Shown here piece after piece: positions 49,716 to 62,572 of a stretch of DNA of 64,000 nt. The first letter of the stretch is position 1, and the number at the start of each line of letters is the position of its first letter. The DNA is from Phoronis australis. Lineage: Eukaryota > Animalia > Phoronida. A program made the position numbers and the translations under genes. The stretch spans positions 891,446 through 955,445 of the forward strand of contig NMRA01000092.1 in the NCBI GenBank assembly GCA_002633005.1, read 5' to 3'. The notes beneath the pieces were generated by a model that was given only the letters and a program-made list of their open reading frames with translations, was not told the origin of the DNA and did not search any database.

Positions 49716-51597
49716 CTTGGTACTAACAGCTTTCACATGCCATTCGTTTATAATTCTGATCCGACGTCTGATCCGCAGTCAGAAAAAAATCACATGTGAA
49801 CGCTCATCAGACGCCTTCTTCAGTCGTCAGATCCCGGACCGGGACTGCGTTTTGTAGACGTGAGAACCACTTTATCGTGAGAAGCCTACATTCCAATGGT
49901 GTTATTTGTGAAAAGGCTCTCACTGCCGGCTCCAGCTAATCACACACGGCCCGTTGTACATCAATGTTACGCTTATTACTTGAAAGACGCCAAATACGGG
50001 ACGCTTTTGTGAACGTTAGTTTCTAAAACGCTCAATGAAACCGCCTGCCCTGTCCTCTGACCAGACTTCCATTTGCCTTCTTGTAACAACCACATGTGAA
50101 AGGGGCATCTATTACAGTGTTCACACGCCGTCCAATCAGGTGTCAGATCGGAACTTTCATTGTCAGAAAAAAATCACAACGTGCTCTGTAAGTATGTGCT
50201 GTTCGTAGTTTGTGATTAGCGTTATTTTTGTGGTAATATAACTGAATAATGTTGTGCTGGTACGAGTGCATTCAAAATTATTATTACTGTTCTTATCATC
50301 TTGTGAGCAGAAACATTCGGGCTACGGGTTTCAATGAAAAAAATCTACAACAATCTGCAACATATGCAGGCGATGGCATGTGCCCTTTAAACATGCATAC
50401 GCCAACTGCTATTGTTCTCAACTTGAAACACCGCTCATACGCGGTTGACCTACAAATATGTACTAAAACGAAAACTTAAAGCATGTAGACCCCGTGTAAA
50501 ATGACATTCGACATTAAACTTGTTTCTTTTTTATTATTACAATGTGGTTCTTTTCAATTGTTTCAGTAAGCGACGTCCATGATAAGCTGGACTTCTGGAT
50601 GGTTGAAATAATTGGGATCTCTACAAATCGTATGTCTTCGTCTACTGGCGACGCGCTCGGCTCAGGATGAGTACCACTGTTCCGCAGGTCTGGAAGAGGA
50701 TAACAATGGACAACTCTGGCATGTCAATCAAGCTAACAATTCCATCCATTCAGGCAGTGGGAACACGTGCATGCAACGATAGTCCGCCATCTTCGTACCA
50801 CGAACACGGGTTGTGCTTGAAAGCATTACGAGGTTTTGACGGTGCATTTCGCACACTAGTGCCATACAGGTCAACGATACACCGAGAACAAAATATAGGA
50901 AACGTGCCTGTCGCTTATAAAAGCATGTAGTAGACTTCACGATTAAACGCATATACTCCTGGACAAAGCAGTATATTACTAGTAGTACATGGATAAACAA
51001 GCACAAAGTGAAAGCAATTCATCTAATTCATGGTGTTTCACAGTAATTTTATTTTGTTTAATTCAGTTAAATAGCTTATAATATGAATTAACCATTAAAC
51101 CCGAAACTTTGAATATTGATGGCGAAGTGACATACGTAAACTTCAACCAAGACACTGGCTAAACCACTACTGGACACTAAAAGTCAAATGCAATCGAGTT
51201 GCGGAGAATTTCGCACTATCATTTGCGCTATGAAATTTTTCAAGGGTGCACCTAATCTGGTCGCTGAGCGTAAGCGTACAATGTGAATCAAGCACTGCAA
51301 TTGGCGCGAGTTCCGTTGACGCAAGAAGCTCGCGAAAGCGGAAAATGAATTCAAATTTCTCACACAAATCGACGCAAAAATACCAGCAGTAATCACATTT
51401 TTAAAATATGTGCAGCTATTTGTGTCTCGTTCAGTTATCACTCCCACTGGTGATTTAACTTATAATTTACTCTTTTTTGGCATTTTGAAAAGTAAATACA
51501 GCATATTAAAGGTCGGCCGGCGGCATTTTAAATATTGGCCTCAGTAAAAAGAATTTAAAATGTTAATACTACTCTAAAGGAGCATTATGGGGGAGCC

Positions 51598-51665
51598 TCA
51601 TTGCGGCTCTTAAGCCTCGAACCTTCGCTGTCGCAGTCAAACTCTCTACTGGCGAAGCTAAGCCC
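51598..51665 (-). repeat. Degenerate tRNA-like (SINE head-like) segment attached to a dispersed repeat
   Basis: A-box-like tagcttcgccagtagag and B-box-like ggttcgag; similar remnants at about 43195-43250 (-) and 15445-15512 (+). No intact cloverleaf. Confidence 0.3.
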
Positions 51666-54341
51666 TACTCGACAAATGTCAAGAGTATGTAAAGCCACCG
51701 GCCTGACTTTCGGAGAATGTCGTGCAGGCAACGGTGAAAATTGGCGATTTGTAATAAAATCACAAAACACAACGACTTTTGTTGTTTAATAGCTCTATTT
51801 TCATGTATAGCTTTTATTTTAAGATATTTCAACTGTTGTAAAGTTTTGTTTTGGAGTGATTGCTTTCCACTCCTCACTTGAAACCACGGGTTGATTTAAA
51901 TTCAAATTAGTTGCCTTAACTTATTCTCTGATTCAAAATCATCTTTATAACTCTTTATCAATTTCGAAGTATGAGTAGTTTCATTTAAAACAACTGCCCA
52001 AATTTCGAAAAAACGAGTGTTCTAGATTAGGTGTAAACACCAAGTTATGGGAACAGTCTTATGGTACCCCCTCCGCCCTCACAGGGAATAACTGTTATTC
52101 AGTGAATAACAAGTGTTGTTATTGGCAAGATATTTTATAGCTCATGAATTTAATTAATAAAGTTAGTACCAATATTGCCCATGCTATTAGGTCAGCAAAT
52201 ACCTGTTACAATAAATTCTGTATACAGTTCATTTGTAAGCCCAAAATTGACAAAATTACATTTTGTTACCCATACCGGGTACATGAAAATAGTTTTTCAA
52301 TGCCTTGGTCAAAATCAACTAAAAACCTAAGGCGGAGTTTGACAAAATTAATATACATCAAAATCATCAAATCCATTATCTCAATAACTATAAAACTACT
52401 CGGTATTATCAATAATCAATTGTCTAATGCAGGTATTTTGCCTCAAAATTGCCACCAGAGATGCGCCTGTACACAAAAGTAGTCATTTAGAAATGATAAC
52501 TATCAATAATTTCCCACTTATGTATTTTGCTTTATCAAAATTATTTAAGTCGATTGCACATGACCAACTGTATGAATATGTCATTGCAAACTATGTAGTA
52601 CATGTATATGCATGTCAATATGATTTTCAAAGATGAAAGAGGCCTGAAACGCGACAAACAGTAAATTGTAAAATTGAAAATGGTTCTCTTCCAATGAAAC
52701 AGAATTCAACCTGTCACCAGATATTTTTAGGGTTTGTTCGTAAAGATTTCTAATTTCTGCTGACATCAAAGCATTTTCTTTAAATTTCAAATTTCAAAAA
52801 AAAACGATCTGTCAACTGCTCGCCACTTCGTCGATTTTTCTTCCACAAGGCAAAGCATGTCTCCTTATTTGGTATGACAAGATATAGACGTTGCACATTT
52901 ACATTATATGAAAAATGTGACCTTTGACCTAATGCGATTTCAAACAACTGATTGTGAGCGCATGCACGTATTTATCATAAGTGGGAGGCCGACTGAGATT
53001 GGAAAATCTGTTGTAACCACAAAGTTTTTCCTTCGCGCGTATTTCAATAATCGTGAATTATGTGTTTTTTCTAGAAATGTACTCGAAGGGGAAAGTGAGT
53101 TACTCTGTACTAGACACTGCGAGATGGTACTTTCGTCAGAATTGTTTAAAAGATATTTTTACGAGCTTTCGCGTAACATGCCTCAACAAGGATGTTGCCC
53201 ACGGGGGCGTGCATATGATGTTGACTGTGTCAGTGGGCGAATTTCATCATCCTAGGTTATTTCAGACAGACAAAAATTGGTGATTGCTCTTACTCAATTT
53301 GGGATTGAAGATACCACTCCAGTCTGCATCCAAAACTCACTGAAGCATCATCATTTTCCGTCAAGATTAGCTTATACAGTTAAATAATCGTCTAAGTTTT
53401 TATTGCAATCTCGTGTTTTTTTTTTGGTCATTTGGATCTCATGTCTTGATATTTTTGTCTTTCGCGTGAACGTAGTAAGTTGTTTTCATGACCAGTTGGG
53501 ATATTCTCATGAATGGTTGACCGTGAGGGACGCACGCCTCCGTAAGTGGCCCCTTGAGGATGGACATGAAAAATAGGAAAATGGTAGCCACTGATGGTAT
53601 CCGTGGGCCCTTCCAAGAGCAAGGATTTATATTGAATGATATACAATTGTCAAACAAACGCAGAATAGAGCGATAGATGTTTCCATTATCCCCTGCCGGA
53701 GAGTAGTCATTGGAGTAATACAGCTTTGCATTCCTTAAAAATTGCCTTCTTGAATTTAAAAATCTGAATCAATTTGCTGTGATAAATCTGTGCATAATAA
53801 GTTTTCTCGGACTTTTTCGATGTTTGTTTAAATAAGAGCACGTTTTCAAGAAAGCGAATACGACCCATCCTGCAATTTCTTAAAAATTGGGATCTCCTAA
53901 CATAAAAATGACCCGGAATCACAGCCCTCTACTGTAAGTGTTCTCTAAAATTTTCTCTTAAATATTTCGTTGTCTTTCTTTTCTCGACTGCATGCAATGT
54001 TTCGTCCACATGCCAGATAATTACTGGGAAACGTGCCTTCCCATAGCTCCCCCCTCCTGGGTTCCTGTTCAGTGGGGGGGGGCGCTGTACCCCTACTTCA
54101 TGAGTGAGGGGTCGTTTATCTGTTTCATATGTAGGGCCTAAGGTGTACAAGAAGACAATATGGCCACAATCAGCAGCTGCACATGCGCGCACCCAGCCTA
54201 AAATATATAGGGGGGCTCGATTTTTTGACAATGTGGACCTTTTACTAATAAAAACCGGGGGACTAAAAAACGGGGTACCACGTTCAGAGCTATGAAATTG
54301 TGCATTCGTGCTACCCTGGTTAACCAAATCAATATAAAAAA

Positions 54342-54354
54342 TATAAATAAATAA

Positions 54355-54433
<79 letters not shown>
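54342..54433. repeat. (AT)n microsatellite
   Basis: Read directly. Confidence 0.97.
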
Positions 54434-54439
<6 letters not shown>

Positions 54440-55391
54440 AATAATACTATTTGCAGTGAGCATTTGCAAATTCAAATCATTTTACTCTTCAAGTCTGTTG
54501 ATAACTAAATGTTCATTTTCGGTTATCTTTGATCAAATCTTTTTCTCATGATAAAGTGACTTGACTGGAATTTCGTAAATATTTAAAAATATCACGTCAC
54601 CAGAATTCTTCTTAATGTCACTTTGCTCTTCATACGCATACCTAACCCTTGCAATTCCAAATATGATTGACAGTTTCAAAAGTGAATTTCACAATTCGAC
54701 TTTCAAAACCTTAGCCACATAACATTAGCTTTATGCTAATTCCAAAAATGTATCAAACTTACCGACTGTTCCTTCTCAAAGTTTCAAAACGTCATTTCTT
54801 GCAGCACAATTCTATGGTTTGACTTGAATTTTGCATATCACAAGAAATTAGCCTGTCATTATTGGGAACAAATAAAACAACAAGAATAATATATATTTAA
54901 GTAATAAATAATTATTTTACAGAGGGAACCAGATAAGTTCCTTAATTACAAGAGATAACACACACATTTACGATACCCAGTGTGTAATTGAGTATCGGAT
55001 ACTAAATGGCATAGGTTAGCATAGCACTAAATGGGTACGTAATACCAAATGGATATTAGGTAATCGCCTACCAAGTGGGTTGAGCAAAGGGGGAAAATTC
55101 AATAACAAGTACCAAATGGGTACAAACTGCCAATTGGGCAAATATCATATAAAGTACCAAGTGGGTGCACCAAACAGCCAACTGGGCTATACTCATCATT
55201 ATTTCTTAGGATTTTGGCCTGTGCATCTCGATCCTAGAGTCAGGGCTACACCTCATCGATTTTAAGGTTAGAACTAAACTTCCTTGGGTAAGGGTTGATC
55301 GTAGCGTTATGGATAGGGATAGTGTTAAGGATTATTCTGTAGAAGCACGTGATCGTGCTCAATTATTACCAATGGAGAGGGTAATAGTCTA

Positions 55392-55477
55392 ATATAACGT
55401 GCCCGTATTTTGAGAACCAGCTTGATGCCCGCAATTCAGTGGAGAAAACTGGTTCTCAAAATTCGGGCACGTTATAT
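55392..55477. mobile_element. Short hairpin element, 29-bp arms with one mismatch
   Basis: atataacgtgcccgtattttgagaaccag / ctggttctcaaaattcgggcacgttatat; relatives at 2314-2413, about 35892-35960 and about 58754-58783. Confidence 0.65.
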
Positions 55478-58400
55478 CAGACCATTACCCAAAAACTTGA
55501 TTTCGGCGCTCTGATATATCTGTTTAGGTCGAGAATTCGCAAAACAGAATTTGATATCACGCACTGGATATTTACATAAACGTGACAAAAACAACTTAGA
55601 GACGCAATTGTGTTCATTTTAAACATTTTAATGTTCGTCAATCGAGTTTCTGGATGAGCTATCATCAAAAGCTATTTACCATCTTCAAAGTGCAACAAAG
55701 TTGTATACTGTATTCTAAGATGGAACGAGAATAGATATTTTTATGTGGCTGTTTGACATAAAAGGTAACCAGTCAGTTCAACCAGATCAGTTTCGACATT
55801 TGCCAACCAGAAGGTGTGGAAAACTGACACCAATATCCCTGTAAATAACGCTAAAAACAACGTCACTCTAATAATCGAACTTAGGGAGAAAATTTGCAAA
55901 TTCTGCTCATTTGTTTATCGAAAGTTTTGAATTCTCTCTCTCTGTAGTTTTTTGTCACAAAAATATTGACCTTGACAATACTCTCACCATGGGAATGATT
56001 TTTAAAGAAGTACTGGAGGACTCAGTGGTCCTCAAACAGGCCCTCGTTGATAGAATCAAGTCATGCTCTTGTCTTGTTTAAGTAATCAAAGCACCATTTC
56101 ATGCCATGTCTCTATGAAGGGCCCCAAAGATGGAATTAGTCGCCATTTTTAAGTTGTACGTCTTCTCTAGGGTGGTGCCCGTCTTGAAGCGAACGTCGAG
56201 GGATTGCTCGAGAGCTTTGCAATCCTTAACTGGATAGAAATAGGCAGTAACTTGATAAAAATTAACTCATTTGAAACTTAAGAGACCGGAACGAGAGTAA
56301 ATACAAAACAGCATCGAAATTAAACCCAAACGAAATGAGTAGACACAAGACAACACCAAAAGTACAATCTAACAATGCGCCGTCTTGTACCACCATCTAG
56401 ATGAAATTACTGGCACATTTTGTATTTACTCACCCGTTTCGCTAATTGTCAACTTTAAGAGCAGACACCACGGGCCCCGCAAGTGAAGTCGACCAGGATA
56501 CAAGTTGCTAAGTATTGTATTGATTGTAACGCGAAATATTTTCAATGTGTTGCCTGTCCGATTTCGCTCTGCTCAACAGATTTATATTCATGAACAACTC
56601 TACCTTTCATAATTGTCTAGTGGTGTGACGTTCAGAATTAGAAATGGTACTTACAAGTTCGTAGCCTTGGTACAAAAAAATAAAATATGGCGACGTTTTT
56701 TAGTCGAGCAGGTAAAATCGAAAGGAAATCGCGTATAAAAACAGGAATGTACGATATTACGTACATTCCGTAGAGACTATCAAAAAGACTTTTGACGGGT
56801 AACCGGAGGAATATGGGAGATGAGGCATTCGTATTAAGGTGTATTTTTGCTCATTTCAGAGGTGCCTATAACGGTTCACAAGGTAAACTTGAACTCCTCT
56901 GACAAAAAATAAACGCTGAAATGTTTGTTTATGATTGCGAGAGTTCTTTGAGTAACCCTTTTTTGACATGTATATGGTCATCACAAACAGTATCCTAGAC
57001 AGCAGTGTTTTGCACATGTGGGAATTCCTCATAAATGACTCGTAGTAACCATCTTTAAAAGAGATACTATTCTTGTGATACTACGGGGAACAGTAACATT
57101 ATTTTATAACTAACGATCAGAAATAGTCTTTTTGTGTAATTCACAAACAGCGATCTTTACGTTCTTCAAAATTCCACCCTTTCGATGCCTGCAATCCTAC
57201 TGTATTCTTACACATTTTTGGTTGTATAGGTCGAAGATCTGTGCACGAATGTTTTGTTTTTTTTGTTGAATTTGGACCCTCAATTTCCCTCGTGAATACT
57301 TGGCAGTGTCAGATTTACATGTATAGGGGGGCAAAGGTACATTTCCCCCGAAATGCTCCACCGATGGTCTGAAATGGGACACCTTAAGATGAAAGGCTAA
57401 ACAACATCAAGCTTGGAAAAAGGGTGACAGTGCTTTCCACCGTCGTGTGGTCCCAAAACGATGCAGGGAGTGACCTCCTTCAACACGATTTCACAGAAAG
57501 CAAGAAAATAGAGGTAATCGATTCCAACATTGGGTCCTCTCTCCGTGAGCGGACCCTTAAGAATTTGTCAATAAAAACACAAAAAGGGTGGCCACTTGAA
57601 TGTCATCAATGGCCTCCTTCAAGGGCGGGGACCGTAATATGAAAATATCTATATTTTCAATTATCAGGAAATGCGCAGCAATTGATGCTATCTGTCAGGT
57701 CATCATTTTTTCTCAAGTAATATACAGTTTAGAGAGAAAAATAAAGCGAAAGTTGTCTCCGTTATCCCTTGGTAGAGAAAGGCACCTGGAAAAATATAGT
57801 TTTGCACTCGCAAAATTGACTTATTGAATTTAAAAATCCAGTAAATCAATACGCTCCGCAAAATATTCGCTTTACAAATTTTCTCGATTATTCGAAATAT
57901 GTGTATATAAGTGATTTCGTGCACATTTTCAAGTGCGTTTAGACGACCTGAGCTGCAAAAGCGGAGACCCTAACGACAATGTCCTGACCAGGATCCCCAA
58001 AAGGTAAACCATGCACTGATGCAGAGATGTTTTAAAAGTGTTCTCTTGAATTTCCTCTCTTTTCTCAACTGTCCCTGGTCCCACGCCTATGTCGGTTGCA
58101 CGGGAGGCCCGTTCCCCCCCCCCNNNNNNNNNNNNNNCCCCCCCCCCTCCCCGATCCCCCGCTTCCTACGGCCCCGAATATGTTTCGTTGGATGTACAGT
58201 GTCACCTGTAAATTACGTTAAGTAAATTAATGGCGTAAAAACACCCGTGTTTTACGAGCGTGAATTACGAGTCTTATTTTTCACCGTGAAATACGAGAGT
58301 ACATTAATGAGCGCAAGATTGAATGATCTGTTAAAATTATTTAAGACACTAGATAGAGAAATGGTCAAATTTGGCTACCTTCGGAACACTGTTCCTCCAA

Positions 58401-60428
58401 AATGGCTGATTGGATTCATATGAAACTTTCAGGTACTAAATTTTACGCACTGATCTCAAAAATGCTTTTATCAATTGTTTTTTCAAATGTTGCGTTTTTG
58501 TATGACATGCCCTCGAGAATAGGAATTTAATGATTCTGATGAGAAAAATATCTAAAACGAAAATGAAGTGATAATCCAAAAAAAAACTTTAACAGCGTTT
58601 TTGACGCGACATTTTATCATGTTATTGCTGTCGCTGTTTGGCTATTGATGTACTTTTCTTTTTTGTTACATTTTACTAAAAACAAATGATCACGAGACCC
58701 AAGTGATTGTAGTAGGCATAGAGTCAAAGTTCAAATTTTTCAGAAAACATGCTCTCAAAATGAGGCACCCCTGTAAGTGACTATTACCGACTTGTCAACA
58801 AAGTCCTACTAACTTTAACGTTCGAAATATTTACGGGCGTCGTTTTACGAGCAAGACAGGCGAACGTAATTTTACGTGAGTACAACAGTTTTCAGAGCTC
58901 ACGTGACCTGCACGCACGTGAAACACAGGCCAACAATAAGCAAGTGTGTGAGGGTAAAAAATGATGAATCAAAATCTTACATAAATACACAAAACGTACC
59001 GATACGGTCGATACGCGGAATAATGTCTCGTGGGATATTATTTCATGTACGCCACTCGAGGTACGTTTTGTATTTATCTCATACGCATCGAATTCGTGAG
59101 TTTCTTTTTCCTTCGGCATTTTATAAATAGGCCTACTTCACCCCGACTGTCTACAGGTTACCTGTTCACGTGACTAATCACAACCTGTTGTGCATGTACG
59201 TGCGCGTTCTTTTGCTAGCTTACTATAGTAAAAGAAAACAGTTTTAAATGTAACCGTTTATTACTTGAAATTGATAAAAAGTGTGAAAACGACAGTTATC
59301 GTGCATTGACCTTGTATATTTCGAAAATAAATAAATAACTAGAAAATTTGTAACACTGTAAAATCCCAATCATCGGGTGGCTGCACTCATTCATGAAACT
59401 AGGTCATTGATCGGAGCGCGTAGCCTACACGCCGTCTGCTCACGAAGATGTCATAAGTGCCACCGTTGATGACAGCTCCGGGGAATATGTCTGTTGTTGC
59501 GGTGTTGCAGGTACGTTGTCGCATTTCTACGGATTCTGTAGCCTTGGTAAAAAGCTGTATACTAAATATACGACAGTCTGTTGACACAGTTAGCTGCCTA
59601 GCTACGGATTTTGTAGCATGGATAGGTTCACGTGTTGCTGGGACGGTCGTCGCTGCTGTTCGTGTAATACTGTCGCCGATAGTATCTGGTGCTGTCATGG
59701 CCAGTGACAACAATGTTTGATATTGGCGAGGAAACGGTGCCTGAGTTGCAGACGATATAGGCCATCTTAGCAATTGAAAACTCGGACAGAACTGTCATAT
59801 AATTAACAGTCCTGTTCCAGATGTTACGACTGAGACCTGGTTGCATGTTGAGTGGTATTCACACTGCTACAATTGTATTACTTAAGCTATTTTCCGAAAG
59901 TTTGATGATCTAACCGGCTAACAACGTCGAGTCGACATTGACCTACCTTTTGAACCTTCAATGTCAGAGGTCACTGTTGAAGTAGTGCGGGAGGTGAATA
60001 CGGAAAACATTATTACATGACCGTATTTCCCTCGACAGATTCAACGCGTATGGGATAAAATTAATGGCATTAAAAACAACACTTTTTCTCGAGAAAACAA
60101 AATTGCTTGTCGATACTATCGTTATTTCCGTCATTGTACAGAGGAAAAACTAAAATATTAAATTGCGACTACGGGACACAGCAGCAGTCGGATCCTTTCC
60201 AAAGTCGGTGGATGAGCTAGGCTACCCTGGAAATTCCTGGAATGAATAAAAATACATGTTAACACGAATAAATTCAAAAAAAGTTCATAGCGTGAAGCCC
60301 CAAATCCGTCTCCCATGTTCCACAAGTTGCCCTTCAAGAATCTAGCTAAATGGACTACGGGCGCCTAACTTTTGACCAACTACGTGGTCCCCAGTTCCTC
60401 CACTTCCTACACATGCACACGCCCAAAG

Positions 60429-60743
60429 CAGACCTGCCAAGTCTCACGCATCTCGCGCGAGTCTCACGCATTTGGCCACTGCCTCACGCGAGCCTTAAGC
60501 CATCTCACGCAAAATGAATTTTTGGTCGTAAATTTTCAAAAACATAGATTTCTATGCTTATAAAATATTTTTTTTATTAATGTAATATGACTATTTAAGT
60601 CTTATATTTTAGGATATTTAAAGTTTGATAGTTATTGAAGATATCGCCAGGAACCTCAAGCAAAATCTGAGCAAATCTGTCCAATCTCAAGCAAATTTTC
60701 CACCAACTTCCAGCAAAATTGTTATACCCCCTTGGCAGGTCTG
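60429..60743. mobile_element. hAT-like MITE with 12-bp perfect TIR CAGACCTGCCAA
   Basis: ttggcaggtctg at 60732-60743; flanks ccaaag/ccaaac suggest a 6-bp TSD; subterminal tctcacgc repeats. Confidence 0.7.
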
Positions 60744-61129
60744 CCAAACGCATGCAGGAAACCCCGGGGAAGCAATATCCATAAACTTAGAAACATATGT
60801 TTCAACAAAATTTTACATGAAAGGGTTACTTTTTAGACCTGTACACTTTGAGCGCGTTGGGCGTTTAGTACATACGATTTTCACCTTTGGGGGCGTTTCT
60901 TTGAAGTTCACGTCATGACTAGGGTGTAAAAACGATACACTGCCAAAAAGTCTTTTAGGGGTTATAAGAATTATGCAAGACATTCCTATAGCGCTCAGCG
61001 AAATCAGGTGACTGAAATACGGGGCGCTGGACACCACCACCTGGAAATTTAATAGACGGAACATTGTCTCAGGAATTTACACTTCGTCTATTTGGAGAGT
61101 GAAAATGGGATCCCATAAGGTCAAGATTT

Positions 61130-62572
61130 GACACTCAGTTGGATAGTATGAGGCATAAGAACTTCACTGCGAGAATAAGTGAAATCAAGTCTTTATTAAA
61201 AAGTTGGAGTCGACGAAATTTAACGCCGTTTGGTAGAGTAACGGTAATTAAAACGTTAGCTATTTCTGAACTTAATTTTGTGTTGTCAAGTTTACCAAAT
61301 CCACCAGTAAAAGTCTTAGATGAATTGAATACGTTTTTTAGATTTGTATGGCAGGCTGGTAATTATAAAAATTAAACAAACTACGGCCTGTTTAGAACTA
61401 CATCAAGGGGAATTCAAATGGTTAATATGCATACACTGTACTTTCAGCAAAGCTTTAAAACTTGCCATGGCCCGCAGATATCTTGAAAGCCCTGCGTCTA
61501 AAAGTGGTGAATTACTGTATTCATTCTACCCGTTCTTAAAGAATTTTGCTTCATTTGTAGATGACTTTATTAAGTCAAAGTTAACTCTAGTTGGTAATTC
61601 CTACTGGCGCGACGTATTTGGAAGTATGAAATCTTTCTACAAGAAAATAATTGTTGCGAGTAAAGAGAACTTTTTGAATCAACCTTTGTGGTTTAATAGT
61701 AACTTGCCGATCGGAGGCACAAGTGTTTTTTTAAAAGCCTTGGTTTGTAAAAGGCTCAAGATTTATAACAGATGTGTATACATCTGATGTTGATTTCATT
61801 AGTTTGAACCATCTGAAGAATAAGTCCGATGTGAAATCAACTTTGTAGAATATCATGGTGTTGTTTCTGTTCTAAGAAGATTTCAAAAGTCTGTTTCAAA
61901 GTAAATTTAAAAGTGTTAATGTTTACTCTCCTTGCATTCCTTTAGCAATTACTCACTTACGGAAATATTTGAAGGGTTGTAGACATTTTTTCAGTCTTTA
62001 ATGACGTTAGGAAACCTTTTAAGTCAGAGTGTAAATGGGAAATAGAGTTAGGAGATAGTTTAGATTGGAAGAAAATATACGCATTGCCTTATGAAATTAC
62101 AAAGGATCCCAACATTAGGTGATTACAATTTAGAATACTACACAGGATTATTGCAAGAAACACCTTTTTAGTCAAAATCCGTGTTCGGGATTCTAATTTA
62201 TGTTCCTTTTGCAATAAAGCTCCAGAGACGCCGTCACACCTTTTTTGGAAATGTAGCCTTGCACAAGATTTCTGGAAGGAATTCGGAAAGCTACTGCAAA
62301 AGTGTCGCATTCAGCTTCCCAACTGTCTCTCTTACGAACGTGTTATTCTTGGATTTTATGAGACGCACGGTTTTCTATTTAATATTTTGCTTCTACTAGC
62401 CAAACAGTACATTTACAAGGAGATATATCACAAAAATATACCTAATTTTTACAAGTTCGTTACATATACTTATGAGTACTATAATGCTGAAAAATTAATT
62501 GCATATAAAAACTTTGTATATGACAGCTTCTCAGCAAAATGGGAAAATTTTGTTCAGGTTAACTCCATGTAG
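61130..62572 (+). mobile_element. 5'-truncated, decayed L1/Tx1-clade LINE (ORF2 C-terminal region)
   Basis: ISEIKSLLKSWSRRNLTPFGRVTVIKTLAISELNFVLS, QPLWFNSNL and LQFRILHRII...CSFCNKAPETPSHLFWKC (CCHC, zf-RVT type); multiple frameshifts and stops. Confidence 0.88.

Noticed and set aside
53929-54440. (YI)n-containing ORFs
   Set aside because: Translation of the (AT)n microsatellite and adjacent repeat fragments.
58115-58147. N-runs within G/C homopolymers (also 37228-37233 and 49702)
   Set aside because: Sequencing or assembly uncertainty, not biology.
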